Assembly (NCBI GenBank): GCA_964035575.1
Contig: OZ037842.1
Location: 992,001 to 1,056,000, forward strand
Reading direction: 5' to 3'
DNA: 64,000 bases
Origin: Rhynchopus sp. YZ270_cl-10
Taxonomy: Eukaryota
The position numbers and the translations under genes were made by a program. Numbering within the stretch: position 1 is the stretch's first letter; each line of letters starts with the position of its first letter. Of the stretch, positions 46,951-59,303 are shown piece by piece. The notes beneath the pieces were generated by a model, which worked only from the letters and a program-made list of their open reading frames with translations, was not told the DNA's origin and searched no databases.

Positions 46951-48266
46951 AGCGCTTCATCATATGGTCGGAACCTTGCCCCCGTTGAGCAGGGAGAGTC
47001 TGCCTGGTCTGCACCAACGTTGATTGAACATTCAAACCTGCACTCCACACCACCCACCCACCCACCCCATCCTGTTTCTTCTAGATTGTTAGAAATGTTC
47101 CCAATATTGACGTCTCGTCGTCCACCCCCTGTGTCCAAAAAAGGGCTTAAGAGTTCACCATTTTTTTTTTTTTTTTTTTTTTTTGTGAAGAAAAAGTTTA
47201 TGCAGTCGCTATTTAAAAACGATGTGCTTATGGGGATTTGTACGTATCCTCATACAGCTGTCTTTTTAGTCTCGAAACGCATCAATTGTTTGTACAGAGC
47301 GGTCGTTTTTTTTTGATTTTTTGTCGATATTTTAAAGGAAAAGTTTTTTGTCCAACGTGCTCCCCGCAAAGCAAGGCGTTGTTAGCTCAATGCTTTCGTA
47401 TTATTTGCACTGCGAAGCTTTTCGAAAAGGCTTTTCTCGGATTGATGTAAGAGGACAACGTTACTTTATTATCCACCCCCCCGCAGAGGTGTTTGCAGCT
47501 ATCAATGCTACCACCACGTAGGTTCATATCTTTTAGTCTCGGGAGAGAAAAAAAGGGGGCTAATCTGACCCAAAAAAAAAAGAAATATTTCTTGAGATTG
47601 ATTCCGAATAAAGTGAAGCGCTATATGTTACAGCACCTTCCTCCCCCCTTCCCCCTGCCTTCCAAGTCGAAGGTAAAGAAGCAGCATTTTTTTTTTTTTT
47701 TTTTTTTTGCAACCATTCATTGTTCGCAGCTTCTCATAGATGTACCTGTCCCCGCCCCTTCCCCCATGTGAAAGGATTGCCCCCTATGTGTGTTGTACAG
47801 TTTCCCCTAGCAAAGCAGCGCTGTGATCTCTCAGTGCCGTGCCCCCCCTTCGTGAGACGCCTTTCCCCTAAGTATCACTGTTTTTTTTCTTCTTTTTTTC
47901 TTTTAGTTGGGGTGGTGCATGGCAAAGCAAAAGGGGCGATCCCTCCTATTATCCCCAATTTGTTCCCTGAAAGACAAACAAGCAAGAAAAAAAGACTGAA
48001 TTTTTGTATTCAATGAAAACAGTTTCACTTCTGACCATGGTTTTCCTTTACGCCCCTTCAATTTTTGAGTTGTCACAACAAATATTGGTGAGGTAAAAAC
48101 CCTCCTTAGAGTTTGGAAATTCCAAAATCCACCTTAGTTTTTACCCCTTCGGTGGTTTTACCCCACCGATGTTTGTTGTGTTACTGTATTGCAAACTTTT
48201 CTCTCTTTGTTTTTGGTGATGCTTTTACACACTCACAAATACAGACACGCAAGATAAATATAAATA

Positions 48267-51200
48267 ATGGGTGGAAAGGACAAAGGAGGGAAGGGGAAGG
48301 GGAAAGGGTACTTCGACTCGAAGGGAAAGAAGGATGGGGGCAAAGGGAAGAAGGGGAAGAAGGGTGGTAAGAAGGCGCCGCAGCAGCACTACGGGCACAC
48401 GGAGCCGTTCACGGTGCCTTCGTTGAACGTTGTGCCGACGCCGCCTGGCCCACCTGGACCACCCGGTCCACCTGCACCTCCGGCACCTCCTGCCCCGGGA
48501 CCACCGTCGGCACCAGAGGTGTCGGTGCCTGCCGTCGTGCCTGAGGTGAGCTCACCACCGCCACAGGTGGTGCCTGACGTGACTGTCGACATGACGACGC
48601 TGCCCACTTCGGACACCCCTTCGTCTGCAGTGCTCCCGCCATCGTCTGTGGAACCCAAGCAAGACTCAGACTCTGTTCAGCCCAAGCAAGACTCTGTGCA
48701 GCCTGCGCAGCCCAAGCAAGACTCGGAAGACGTCCCCCTCCTCCACATCTACGACTTGCCCAACACCTGGACCTCAGACGACCTCAGCAAACACTTTGGA
48801 AAGTTCGGCAAGGTCGCTGAAGTCACCCTCGACAACAACATGGGCCGTGTCAAAATGGGCAGTGGCCAAGCAGTCATTGACGCATACAGCTCAGGCTCTA
48901 AAAACGCCCCCCTCAGAATCGAGCTCGAAGACAAAGAACTCGACAGCGGCAAAAAGGGAAAAGGAAAAGACGGCAAAGGGAAAGGAAAGAAGGGTGACAA
49001 AGGAGGGAAAGACTCCAAGGGCAAGGGTGGGAAGAAGGGCAAGCAGAACAACTTCAACACGCCACTCGCACCAGGCCCGCCCATGGCAGGGCTGCCGTTC
49101 TCTGCAGGGATGCAGGTTCCCGAGTTGCAGCCGAACCAGACACTCCCGATGAGCTTGTCCACCCAACCGCTGCTGAACCAGCTGCCGCTCAGCCCGCTTC
49201 CAGGTACAAACCTTGCGACGAGCTTGCCCACAGGCCTGGCCACAAACCTGCCTACAAACCTGCCGACAAACCTGCCCACGAACCTTCCTCTGAACAACAT
49301 GGCAGGGAACAACATGGCAGCACTTCCCACCATCCTGCCAGGCAACCTCAACTTGCCCACCAATGCGAACCCCCTGTCCAACATGCCCAATATGCCCCTC
49401 ACCAACATGCAGTCGCTCCCCCTTCAGGGTCTGCCCAACGCCAACACCAATGCCAACGTCAACGTCAACCTCCCGTCGCGTCTCCCTGACCTGTCCACTG
49501 CACCCCCAGAGGCCCTCAGGATGCTCCTCGACGCCAACCCCAGCGCAGTCCTCCCTGGAAACCTTCCCGTCCCCAATGTCGGCAACCCCGCACCCGCTGT
49601 CGCACCTGCGCAAGACGTCACGTCCGCAGGCACAACTCCTGCAAACCCTCTCGCCGAGATGATGCGCAAGCTCGGCAGCAAAGGCCAAGGTGGCAAAGGA
49701 GGAGGCGCGCCCGCAGTCGCTAACCAGCCCAAGCCTACCGACCTACTCTCACAGATGATGTCATCTGGAGGCTCGAACACGCTCATGGACGTGTTGGTAT
49801 GATATTGATATAATGTTTATTTACCTGATTTATAAATTCGTCACGTCACACCTCACACCTCACTACAGAACTCAAACCAGCAAAACAACAACAACAATGC
49901 CCTGGCACAGCAGGCTAAACAGATGCAGCAGCAACAGCAGCTGCAACAGCAGCAACAGATGCAGCAGCAGCAGCAAGAGTTGCAAAAGCAGCAGGAGGCG
50001 CAGAACCAGCAAAAGATTGAGCTTCAGAAGCAGCAGGCAAGAATAAAGCAGCAGGAGCAGCAGCAACAGCAGCAACAGGCCGCTCTCAAGCAGCAGCAAG
50101 AGGCACTGAAAAAGCAGCAGCAGCAACAACAGCAACAGCACCAGCAGCAGCAGCAGCAGCTCCAACAGCACCAGCAGCTGCTTCAGAAGCAGCAACGTGA
50201 CGCTGCCAACGGCCGTGCAAAGCAGGTACGCAAACACTACTACATTGTCACCAGCGCCAACCACGAGGAGCTTGGACACTCTGTGCGCGCTGACAAGTGG
50301 TACTCCAACGATGCATCCTTTATCCATGCACTTGACAAGAACACACAGGACAACGTTAAGTCCGTTCTGCTGTTCACCGTCGCAAACAGCGGGTATGCAC
50401 ATTCCACACAATCTTAGACTATTTGAACACATCTTTTTGCCTCGTTACATTCATAATGGGAAGTGTGCTGTCTGTGCGGCACTCTCGCATTTTCCCTTTT
50501 CTCCTTCTGGTCCAAATCAATGTTTTCTTCTTTTGTCCCTCTCCTTCATTCTTCACAACTACACCCAGGTACTTCGTGGGCTACGCTGAGGTCTCAGGAC
50601 GTTCCCGCATGCGCAACGAAGGTGATGCGTCCCTCCCGCACTCCTGGAAGATAGTCTTCAGAGTTGGCTGGGCGAAGGTGGGGAGCGTTGAGTTCAGCAG
50701 CGTCCACCGCACCCCTGCTGTGGCTGTGCAGCTGGGCAAGCGATTGGATGACTGCCAGAATGAGGAGGAGGTTCCGACCCAGATTGGTACGCCTTTTTTT
50801 GATTTTTTATTTTGTTTTTAGGTGGTGCAAAACCTTTTATAGATTCCGAAGAAAAAAATCTGCCATCCCACGAAGTCTACAACTCAAACAATATTTTAGG
50901 CATTGCAATATTCCACGACTCAGGCCTTTTCGGGCTGGCATTTTTTCAACAATTTTTCTAACACAACCTTAAAGCAGGTAACACAGAGGGTAAGGTTCAT
51001 TTTACCAACCTTTCTTTTAAATGCTCAACGAATGTGATCAAGGTGACTAATCACGAGAGGCTTAGGGTCATCTTATAAACCTTTCTTTCTTTCAACAGGC
51101 GCCAGTGTGTGTGAACTGATTGACGCTGCCTACGCAAGAAACCAGGAAGGGGGTGGCCAGGAGCCGCAGCAGGCTGCAGCACCTGCACCCCAGCCAACCC

Positions 51201-51328
51201 CCGAGCCTGCAGCGGCAAACCCAGCTGCTGCGAGCCTTGTCGCTGCCATTGCCTCGGGGCAGCTGCCTCCTGCCATGCAGGGCCTCTCCTTTGACCAGTT
51301 GTGCCAGCTCCTGGGCACGCAGAAGTAA
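48267..51328 (+). CDS. RRM + low-complexity (GK, Pro, Asn, polyQ) + C-terminal YTH-domain protein, 4 exons (833 aa)
   Basis: Exons 48267-49796, 49869-50392, 50569-50786, 51099-51328. RRM LHIYDLPNTWTSDDLSKHFGKFGKV. YTH-like YYIVTSANHEEL..KW, VLLFTVANSGYFVGYAEV, SW..FRVGW, EEVPTQIGASVCELID. Confidence 0.85.
51040..51098 (+). repeat. Representative copy of ~45-nt dispersed hairpin repeat (family 1, about 20 full or partial copies)
   Basis: Consensus AAGGTGACTAA(A/G)CACGAGGCTTAGGTTCATCTTA..AACTTTTCT. Copies near 13335, 15709, 17918, 19395, 23851, 27599, 28649, 31578, 34038, 34403, 50975, 51040, 52227, 54011, 57397, 57475, 57536, 58267, 59957. Confidence 0.85.
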
Positions 51329-53112
51329 ATAATGATACACAAAAAAAGGGGAAATGGGGAAGGGGCGTCATAGGGAAATACGACCGCATTTACTCAGAAA
51401 AGTAATGCAATGAACGTACAAATTTAAAAAAAAAAGAATGGGGGGCAAGAGAGAGGTCGGCAGGTTTTGTGAAGGCAAATTGAAGAAAAAAATGTGTCAG
51501 ATTTCACACATATTCACATACTCTGGCGAGGTGTGTTGTCTGTGAGTATGTGGCCGGGTGATGAGTACTGAGCATCCTTTTGTGGAGATTTGTTAATGCA
51601 ACAAGATAAGGTGTGTCATTGAAATGTTATCGGTTTCGCGCGATACTGAGTACAGAACCCACCTGTCTTGGGTGGTAATTTGTCGATACAACAAAAGGAA
51701 AAGAGGGGTGGGTGAAGGGTATTTTTTTTTTTTCTTTTTTTTTTTTTTGGGAGGGTTGTCTGGTTTTGTCAGACGAATGCTACGTTTTCTGAATGTATTT
51801 CCAAGCGGGCTTTTTTTGAGATGAAGACTGCCACTGTGGCCAGTGGGATATAGCTCAAGGTGAGTGTCTGAATCAGACAAATAAGGAATGATGTGTTGTT
51901 TTTTTTTAAAGCGGATCTCCTACTAGGTGTACTGTACTCCTTCTATTTGCTCTCTTTTTATCCTGTGAAGAAAAAGAAAATCGTGGCTGATATCTTGTGA
52001 TAATAGTCTAAAACGGTGTGGCTCATCCCAAATAAAGTGTACTTTTTGTACTTCTTTTGTGCTCATTTTGTGGTGTACTAAGAGGGTTTTGAGCCACACC
52101 ATAAAATCAAACAAAACTTTAAAGTAGAACTGGTACCCCAGAAATCCAAAATACCAAGTACGCAACAACTACTCACTAAGTGCGCAAGAAGTACGCAATA
52201 TGGGGCCGTCAGGAGCACCAAGAACACGACAAAGCACGCGAGGCTTAGGTTATTTAATGCAAAGGTTCTTGTACATTTCATTTTTCCTTGGTTATGCGTT
52301 CGTTATTATTGTGTGCACATTTGTCTAGACTTGCATCTGCACGATAACAAAGCCATCCCTCCACACCCCCTTTGTTTGCACTGTCTTTCGCACAAACAAA
52401 TACCCTTTGTTTTTTGTCTCTTTTTTCAAACCGCCTTTATTTTATTTGCGAAATTCAATACCCCACAAAATGGAGAGAAAAAAAAATGTCATCCGATGTA
52501 CACGTTTTTAGACGTCAACAAAGGATCTTATGTAATTCATTTAAAAAAAAAAAAGGGAAAAGGAAGAAAAAAAAATGGCATAAAAAATGGAACAGAAAAT
52601 TACCAAAAAAAAAAAAAAGTGCAATTAACCCATACCACTAAGTGTATAAAGCAAAAAGCAAAAAAAAAAAAAAAAGGACCTAGATGAACTTTTGTTTTAT
52701 ACACACACCTGCTGGGCAATGTTCCGCACTTAGGAATTACCCATATCCTGCATTCAAAGCACACACCCCTGTCCTTCGTAAGTGTTGTCCATATTTTCAA
52801 GTTTTCTTGCAATTTGTACGATTTTTTTTTTTGCTGTCATTCAAACAACGGGAAACAAGAGGGAACACCTCGTTCGAAGTAGAAAGTGCCTTTTGTTTTG
52901 TTTTGTTTTGTTTGTTATTTAGGTGGTGCTTTTCGTGGACGCACACCGCAAGAGCGAGAGAGACAGGGAGAGTGTGCTGAGAGTTCCTTGTGAAGCCAAT
53001 CAACGCTTCTGCACCAGTTTTTTTAAAACAAAGAAGCTACGCTGGTAGTTGCAGTGAGTCCAAACATCCCCAGATCAGAGACTGTTTTATATATTTTTGT
53101 AGATGTGTTGAA

Positions 53113-53518
53113 CCAGCCTTTTAGCTAAGTCGAGTGTCAATTTGCGCCGGTTTATTTGCAACTAAGGTCGCATTGGTCTGAAGTCCATTTATTTTGTCAA
53201 AAGTGCTCGTAAGAAAAAGACGGAAATATTTTGTGCAGAATGTTCCAAAAACAGCCCTTTTGAGGTGATTCACCAAAAAAAAATTATTTGCACGCTTTTT
53301 TCCCCTGAAAATTTTCAGAAAATTTCCCATATTTAGGAGTAAGCCTGATTTTGCGAAAGTGACCCCACCACGAGTCGCGTTTGGCTCGGAAATGCATCTG
53401 ACCGACTCGGTTTTTGGAATTTTGCGAAAAAAACCCACTTTGGCCACTACCGAAAAAAATCACATGTCGTTTTTTTGGATTTTGCCGAAAAATCACCCAA
53501 AGTTAGCTAAAAGGCTGG
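53113..53518. mobile_element. MITE related to element A
   Basis: Perfect 16-bp TIR CCAGCCTTTTAGCTAA / TTAGCTAAAAGGCTGG. Internal TTGGCTCGGAAATGC shared with element A. Confidence 0.8.
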
Positions 53519-54224
53519 ATGTGCTGTCTGCATGATGGCAGCTGCACTGAACCAACATATGAGATTATTAAAAAGCCTTTCACAAGGTGATTTTTTTAGT
53601 ACTGAGCCCACAGTGGGACGTGTCGATACAACAACAGAAGAGTGGGTAGATGAGGATCATTAGCCAGCCTTCGAGCGACTTTGTGTACAGAACCTTGTCT
53701 TCGGACTGGTGATGTGTAGATACTACAAAAAGGGGACATCGCTGCAACCGCAATCACCATACCATTGAGCAAAAACTGTAATCAGTTTGTTCCCTCCCTC
53801 ACCCTCCCTCACCCATCCACCTTCATCCCACCTCACGCCCCTCTCCTAATACACAGTTCTCTTCTGTGTCCTCCAAGCCAGTTTGTGATACAAATCCAGT
53901 TTCTTACAGAATTTATGCAGAAAACAACAAAATATGCGCAATTTTAAATGCAAAAAAGTGTTTACAATCCCTCACGAAGTCTTTATGCGCTTCACTCTCT
54001 CACTTTTGTTAGGTGACTAAGCATGAGGGCTTAGGTAAACCCTTCTTCTTTTTTTACCTTCTTATCAGCATGCAAAAGTAGCTTCGTGTGTATTGAATAT
54101 ACCCGACATCCAACCTCTCCCCCCTTGGGAGTCGTGAGAATACTGTAAATGACAAATGAAGCGTTCAATACTCCACGGAGAATCAGTGCCCTGCACCCGG
54201 TGTCCGGTGAGGTGTTTGCACTTT

Positions 54225-54266
<42 letters not shown>

Positions 54267-56320
54267 TTACATCGTAATTATAACACGTATTGAACGTGTT
54301 CCCCCATGCCCACCATTTGAACAATGGTTCGATAGTCTACAGCTACACTCGGGGCAGCTTTGGTAGAGGTGGTACAGTGCCTGCATCCACCTTGAGGTGT
54401 CTGCACGTTACCAAGTTCATTTTTTTAACGACTATGTTGGGTGTGTGGCGTGCAGCGTCGAGAGAGAAGAATAGGGAAATCGAACCACACCGGACGGTTA
54501 AGTTCTAACCCTCACCTCTCCCACCAACGTGTTAATCAACCACAATCACAACAAAGTGACAAAACGCTTGTTGTCAAACCTGACAAAGTTAGAATACATT
54601 CGTGTGTGCAAACGGAAAAAGCGATGCATGGGCCATTTTCCGTCTGGGGGTATAAATTGTTGTCCTTTTTTTTTGAGAAGCTCAGAACACTTCATCAGGA
54701 GGCGGGCTGCTGTCGACGAGTGGTGGACAGCCCCGTCCACAGTGGGTACGGTACACCTCAGTGTCTTTTTGCATCTTCTGTTTGCATTTGCATCCGTGAG
54801 GTGTCTGACAATGACCATTTTTTTGTGCACCCCAAAACCAAAGACAAAAGACAAAGTCGTCAGAAATTGTATTCCCTTTGCACCCCTCGCACCCCTCTCG
54901 TTTTGTGCCGTGGCCAGGTCAATACCACCTTCTGTTGTTGGTCGCAAGGTGCTTGTGCTTCATCCGGATGGCTGGCATCGTACGTGGGTCAGTCGGAGGT
55001 GCCTGCATTAATAGCTATTCCCCCCCTTTTTTTTTGAGTGCAAAATCAGGGTCCTACCTTGGTTTTGAAAAAAAGTGCCAAATCTGGGATTTGGGTCAGC
55101 AGGGGTTTTCGGCAAATAAAACCCCGCTTGCGGGACAGGGGTAGTGTTCAGTGCTCAACAACGATGTTGGGACTTTTTCCATTCCTTTTTTTTAACAAAA
55201 ATAATGGGTAAGGGGGAAGCACAATGCAACCGTGTTCGAGGGCAACACGAAACCCCTGAATTTCAGACAAAACTAGAAAGGGCCCCACACCTGATTGATG
55301 GCAGAGAAGGGTCATCAAATTGCCAAAATTGTGGTAAAATTCCCACAAGGGAATCAACTGACAACTGTTTCCAGCACCACTTTTATCACCATTTTAGTGT
55401 GAACGTCTGAAGTCTACGACAGTCTTTTGCGAGAAGAGCGATACTTATTTGATGCATTCCGGCTGCATTCTAACGAAGCCCTCCACGGTTCGATAACCCG
55501 AGGTCTGGTGTCTGCGTCCCTAGAGGCGTTTGCACTTACAACTATATTTGACGCTGCCTGCATCCACGAGGTGTCTGCACATTATCAAATCCACTTTCTT
55601 TCATCTAAATTTACTACGTACCCAAAACCTGCTATCAAACACACCCACACCGAAGCTACCCCTCAGTCTTCTGTAGCACCCCCAACCCCCTAACCCCTAG
55701 TCTCTAACCCTAAATAGGCAATATTCCACGCAGGAATTGATTTCCAACACACACCCACGCCAGAACAGAAGAACTCAGTACACAAAAGGTTTGAGCAAGG
55801 GGGTAAAGGGGCAAACATTGACGTACCGAATGACACAGTCGAATCAGAAGTAGCAATGACCGCTGGAGATCTCTGTACTTTGTCAGGGGGGGTCAACTAA
55901 CACAGGGTTGGTCTGTGTTTCTTGACCCCCTCTGAATTTATTTTACACTATCCTGTCGCCTTTTTTTTTGTCCATTTTACTTTTAAACGGATGCCTCCTG
56001 TCAGAGTTTCCGGAAGAAAATAATAGTATAGTGGAGCTCATCCTCGGGTGTACACTAATACAACTTTTCAAAATAAAAGAAGTAGTGGAGCACATCCATG
56101 GGTGCACATTAACGCACTGTCCCCCCCATCCTAGAGTATCGAATCTAGGGTACTTTTTCCAAAAGGCTACGACCGCGAATTTTCTTCTTCCAGCACAAGA
56201 TGAAATGCTTTATTTTCTCCTGAATTTGAAAGTACATATTTTTTTTTTATATACGAGCGGTTGTGTACCGCCCTCGTTCTCTTACGGTACGGGTAGGTCT
56301 ACTTCGGTTTACTTTTACAT

Positions 56321-56420
56321 CTTCTGTTGTTGGCCGCAGGGTACTTGTGCTTTCATCCAGCTGGCATCGTACGTGGGTCAGCGGGAGGTGCCTGCATCAA
56401 TAACTTCACTTTTTTTTTTG
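56321..56420 (+). repeat. Representative copy of ~100-nt dispersed repeat (family 2)
   Basis: Core GCTGGCATCGTACGTGGGTCAG.GGAGGTGCCTGCAT..ATAAC at ~27913, 34750, 39714, 54929, 56321. Confidence 0.88.
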
Positions 56421-58439
56421 GGGGACGACAATCAAAACTGCTTTGAAGAAGTCTTTCGTTGGACAAAAAACATCAGGATATAGCAAACGACAGCCCAAAT
56501 ATAATAAAGTGTAGCTTGCACATGCAACTACACTGCTTTCGAATGGACCAATAAGGGCTGACGGCCCGATGGTTATGCCTTCTGCACTACAACGGCCGAT
56601 CTGGAGGAGCGCAATGTGAGTGAGCACAGCACGTTTGTTAATGTCTGTTGCAGGCCACACTTTGTCCCGAGCTTGGAGGGTGGTGGTGAACATAGGACAT
56701 CGCAGCTAGGGGTATGGCAGATACAGCCAGGGTGGTGCGTTGGTCATGATAACAGACATCTCTTCCCCCCAGGAAGCGCTGTCTAAAGGTGCTAGTTAAA
56801 GGCCCGTTTTCTTGTTTTTTTTTTGATAAATTGACGACGTGTAGTCACCTCGCTTTTTTTGATAAAACAACTTGTTGTCAATTCTAAAAAGATTGGAGGC
56901 AGCGCTGCAGGGCAAACAAAACGGATTGAAAAAACAGAAGCTTGCTTGTTTTCTTTGAGTACTCAATTAACCACAACAACCGTACTTCAGTTTAACACAT
57001 TTTTTCACCTTTTTGTTTTCCCGGCTTTGAGCGCACAAACAAAAGACCCGATCTTTTTTTTTCGTGTGATCTCCACGCGTTTTTGTTTTTTTAAATACTG
57101 CAACCTACCTGCTAGGCAGCTGCTCCGCTGGTACTGCCTCTTGCTTGATGTTTTGTAAACAAATATTTGCGAGTTGTGCTTTGAGGTCAGGTCATGTGAG
57201 ACACAAAGGGGCTTAGAGTCGTTTCACATTTTTTGTTTTTGTTTTGAATAATCAATCATTGACAAATAGAAATGGAAAACAACGGATGGTGCGTGCCCGC
57301 TTTAGCGGATTTTGGTTCACTAACATATACCTCACTCACATTCATCAGTGAATAAGCGCATATCTTTTGCGGTGCGATAAACAAAAATTTTTTTTGAGGT
57401 GACTAAACACGCGAGGCAATAAGACACACAAAAAAACAAACGACTGATGAATAAACCAAGGAATAATCTAATCAGACTAAACACGCGAGGCTTGAGTTAT
57501 TTGATTAGTTTTTCTCTTTCTCTCAGCAAGTTGTAGGTGACTAAACACGCGAGGATGAGTCTCATCTTACGCACTACGACATTTTGCATCGGGGGTTTTT
57601 AACACTAACAAAACGTTGGGGGACATGCTCAAAAGTTGGTTTATTAGTTATTTGATGTTTGTGTCTGGTGTGCATCAAGAAAAGTGAGGATAATCGTTTG
57701 GTTACATTCGCAAGAGTACGAAGCTTTGACCTATACCCGTTCTTGATTGCAAATAATGCGTGTCCTGACACCCTTCTTCCAACTTTGCTAATGTTTATTT
57801 TCTTTTTTCTTGCCCTTTTCTTCAGGTATTTTTTGTCGTTTTGTTGCCATTATCTTTCGCATCCGTTTCGTGTCGTTTTTTTGTATTGATTATGTCGATA
57901 CACATTTGACACATTTGTTTCACTTTTCCTTCTGTTATGTCTTTTGTGTCTACTTATTAAAAAGCTACACCCTGAGACTGTACAAACTATAGCTTCGATT
58001 GTGTCTGCGAACGCAGGTCTAGGTTTTCGCATGGTATTCTACAAAGTGACTGAGCATGAGACTCCGTATCTTTTTCAACTTTTATCTTTTATGCATGTGA
58101 CCGGTCCTCACACAGGTTACTGATGTGAATAGCTGGTTTTGCCATAAAATAATTCCCACAACGCCCAAAGACCCAGTACTGCCAATGTGATAATATCATT
58201 TTTGCAGGAAAAAAATACGGTAATTCTGGAGCGATCCGTCAAGCGGGCACCTTTGCTCGGGTGTAGGGTGACTAAGTAAGGGCCTAGGCTTCTCTTACCA
58301 ACGTTTCTTTTGACATTGCCGGTATAAAGTACCATCACGTAAATAGAAAAGCCCTCCAAATCATCCACCTTATCCGACTTTCTCTCCCCAACAAACACTT
58401 TGCACCCTGCAGGTGGTCCTCCTTACCTTTTGCAACATA

Positions 58440-59303
58440 ATGCCCCATGACACACGTGCTTCCCCACGATCGCAAGTCGACCCCGAGCTTGTTCCTGCCA
58501 AGAAGCTGACCAGCGAGCAGCTGCAGAAAAGTGTAGAACGCTTGACAGTGTCGCATGAACGAAAGCAGGAGACGGGGTCCTTGCTGAAGCCAAATGTGCT
58601 GAATAAGTCTGACATGAACAACAGCGTTGATAGGCTGTACACTGTGGCGGTGGAGCGCAAGAAGACGGTGATGGCCTCGCTCGAAGCAAAGACGATACCA
58701 CCACCAAACAAGCAGGTTCTTGACAATGAGTCCATGACCAACTCTGTCCAGCGTGTCTACTCGCAAGCCATGCAACACAAAAAGGACGTCGCCGAAAAGC
58801 TCAAAACCAAACACATCTCCGACCCCTGCGCACGCAAGAAGCTGTCCAAAACCGACCAGCAAGCGTGCAACGAGCGGGCCTACACCACACCCCTCCAAAG
58901 GAAGAAGGACACCGAGGACCACCTCGTCGAAAAATACATTTCTGCCACAGTCACGAAGTTCAAGGTATGCTGAAATGGTTTCTGTTTCTTCGTATTATTA
59001 ACAACCATTCCATTGACTTTTGGGGGGGATATTGTGTAGAACCTTGTCTTTTTTTGTGATCACATTCCACCAAGGGGCGTCGGGTGTTTTCGAGTATTTT
59101 ACAATTTGTTTAGGGGCGGGTTTTCACCAAGACCTTAGCTATTGTTGAAACCTCCTCTGAGATAAAACATTTCTTAAGATACGACGATGGGTTTTGGGAA
59201 AGCCCCCACCTCTTAGTTAAGTGTCTTCTATATACCATGCCCACAGGTAATGAACAAAGATCAGTGGAGCGATACTATCGGCCGCTTGACGGCAGCGAAA
59301 TGA
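58440..59303 (+). CDS. Repeat protein with (L)xxxxxxxSVxRL(Y) units, 2 exons
   Basis: Exons 58440-58964 and 59247-59303 (GTATGC...CACAG). The last exon, VMNKDQWSDTIGRLTAAK, continues the repeat pattern. Confidence 0.78.

Noticed and set aside
51400..58400. Short ORFs in the long intergenic stretches (also 21200-29500)
   Set aside because: Homopolymer-rich, repeat-derived translations with no coding bias or motifs.
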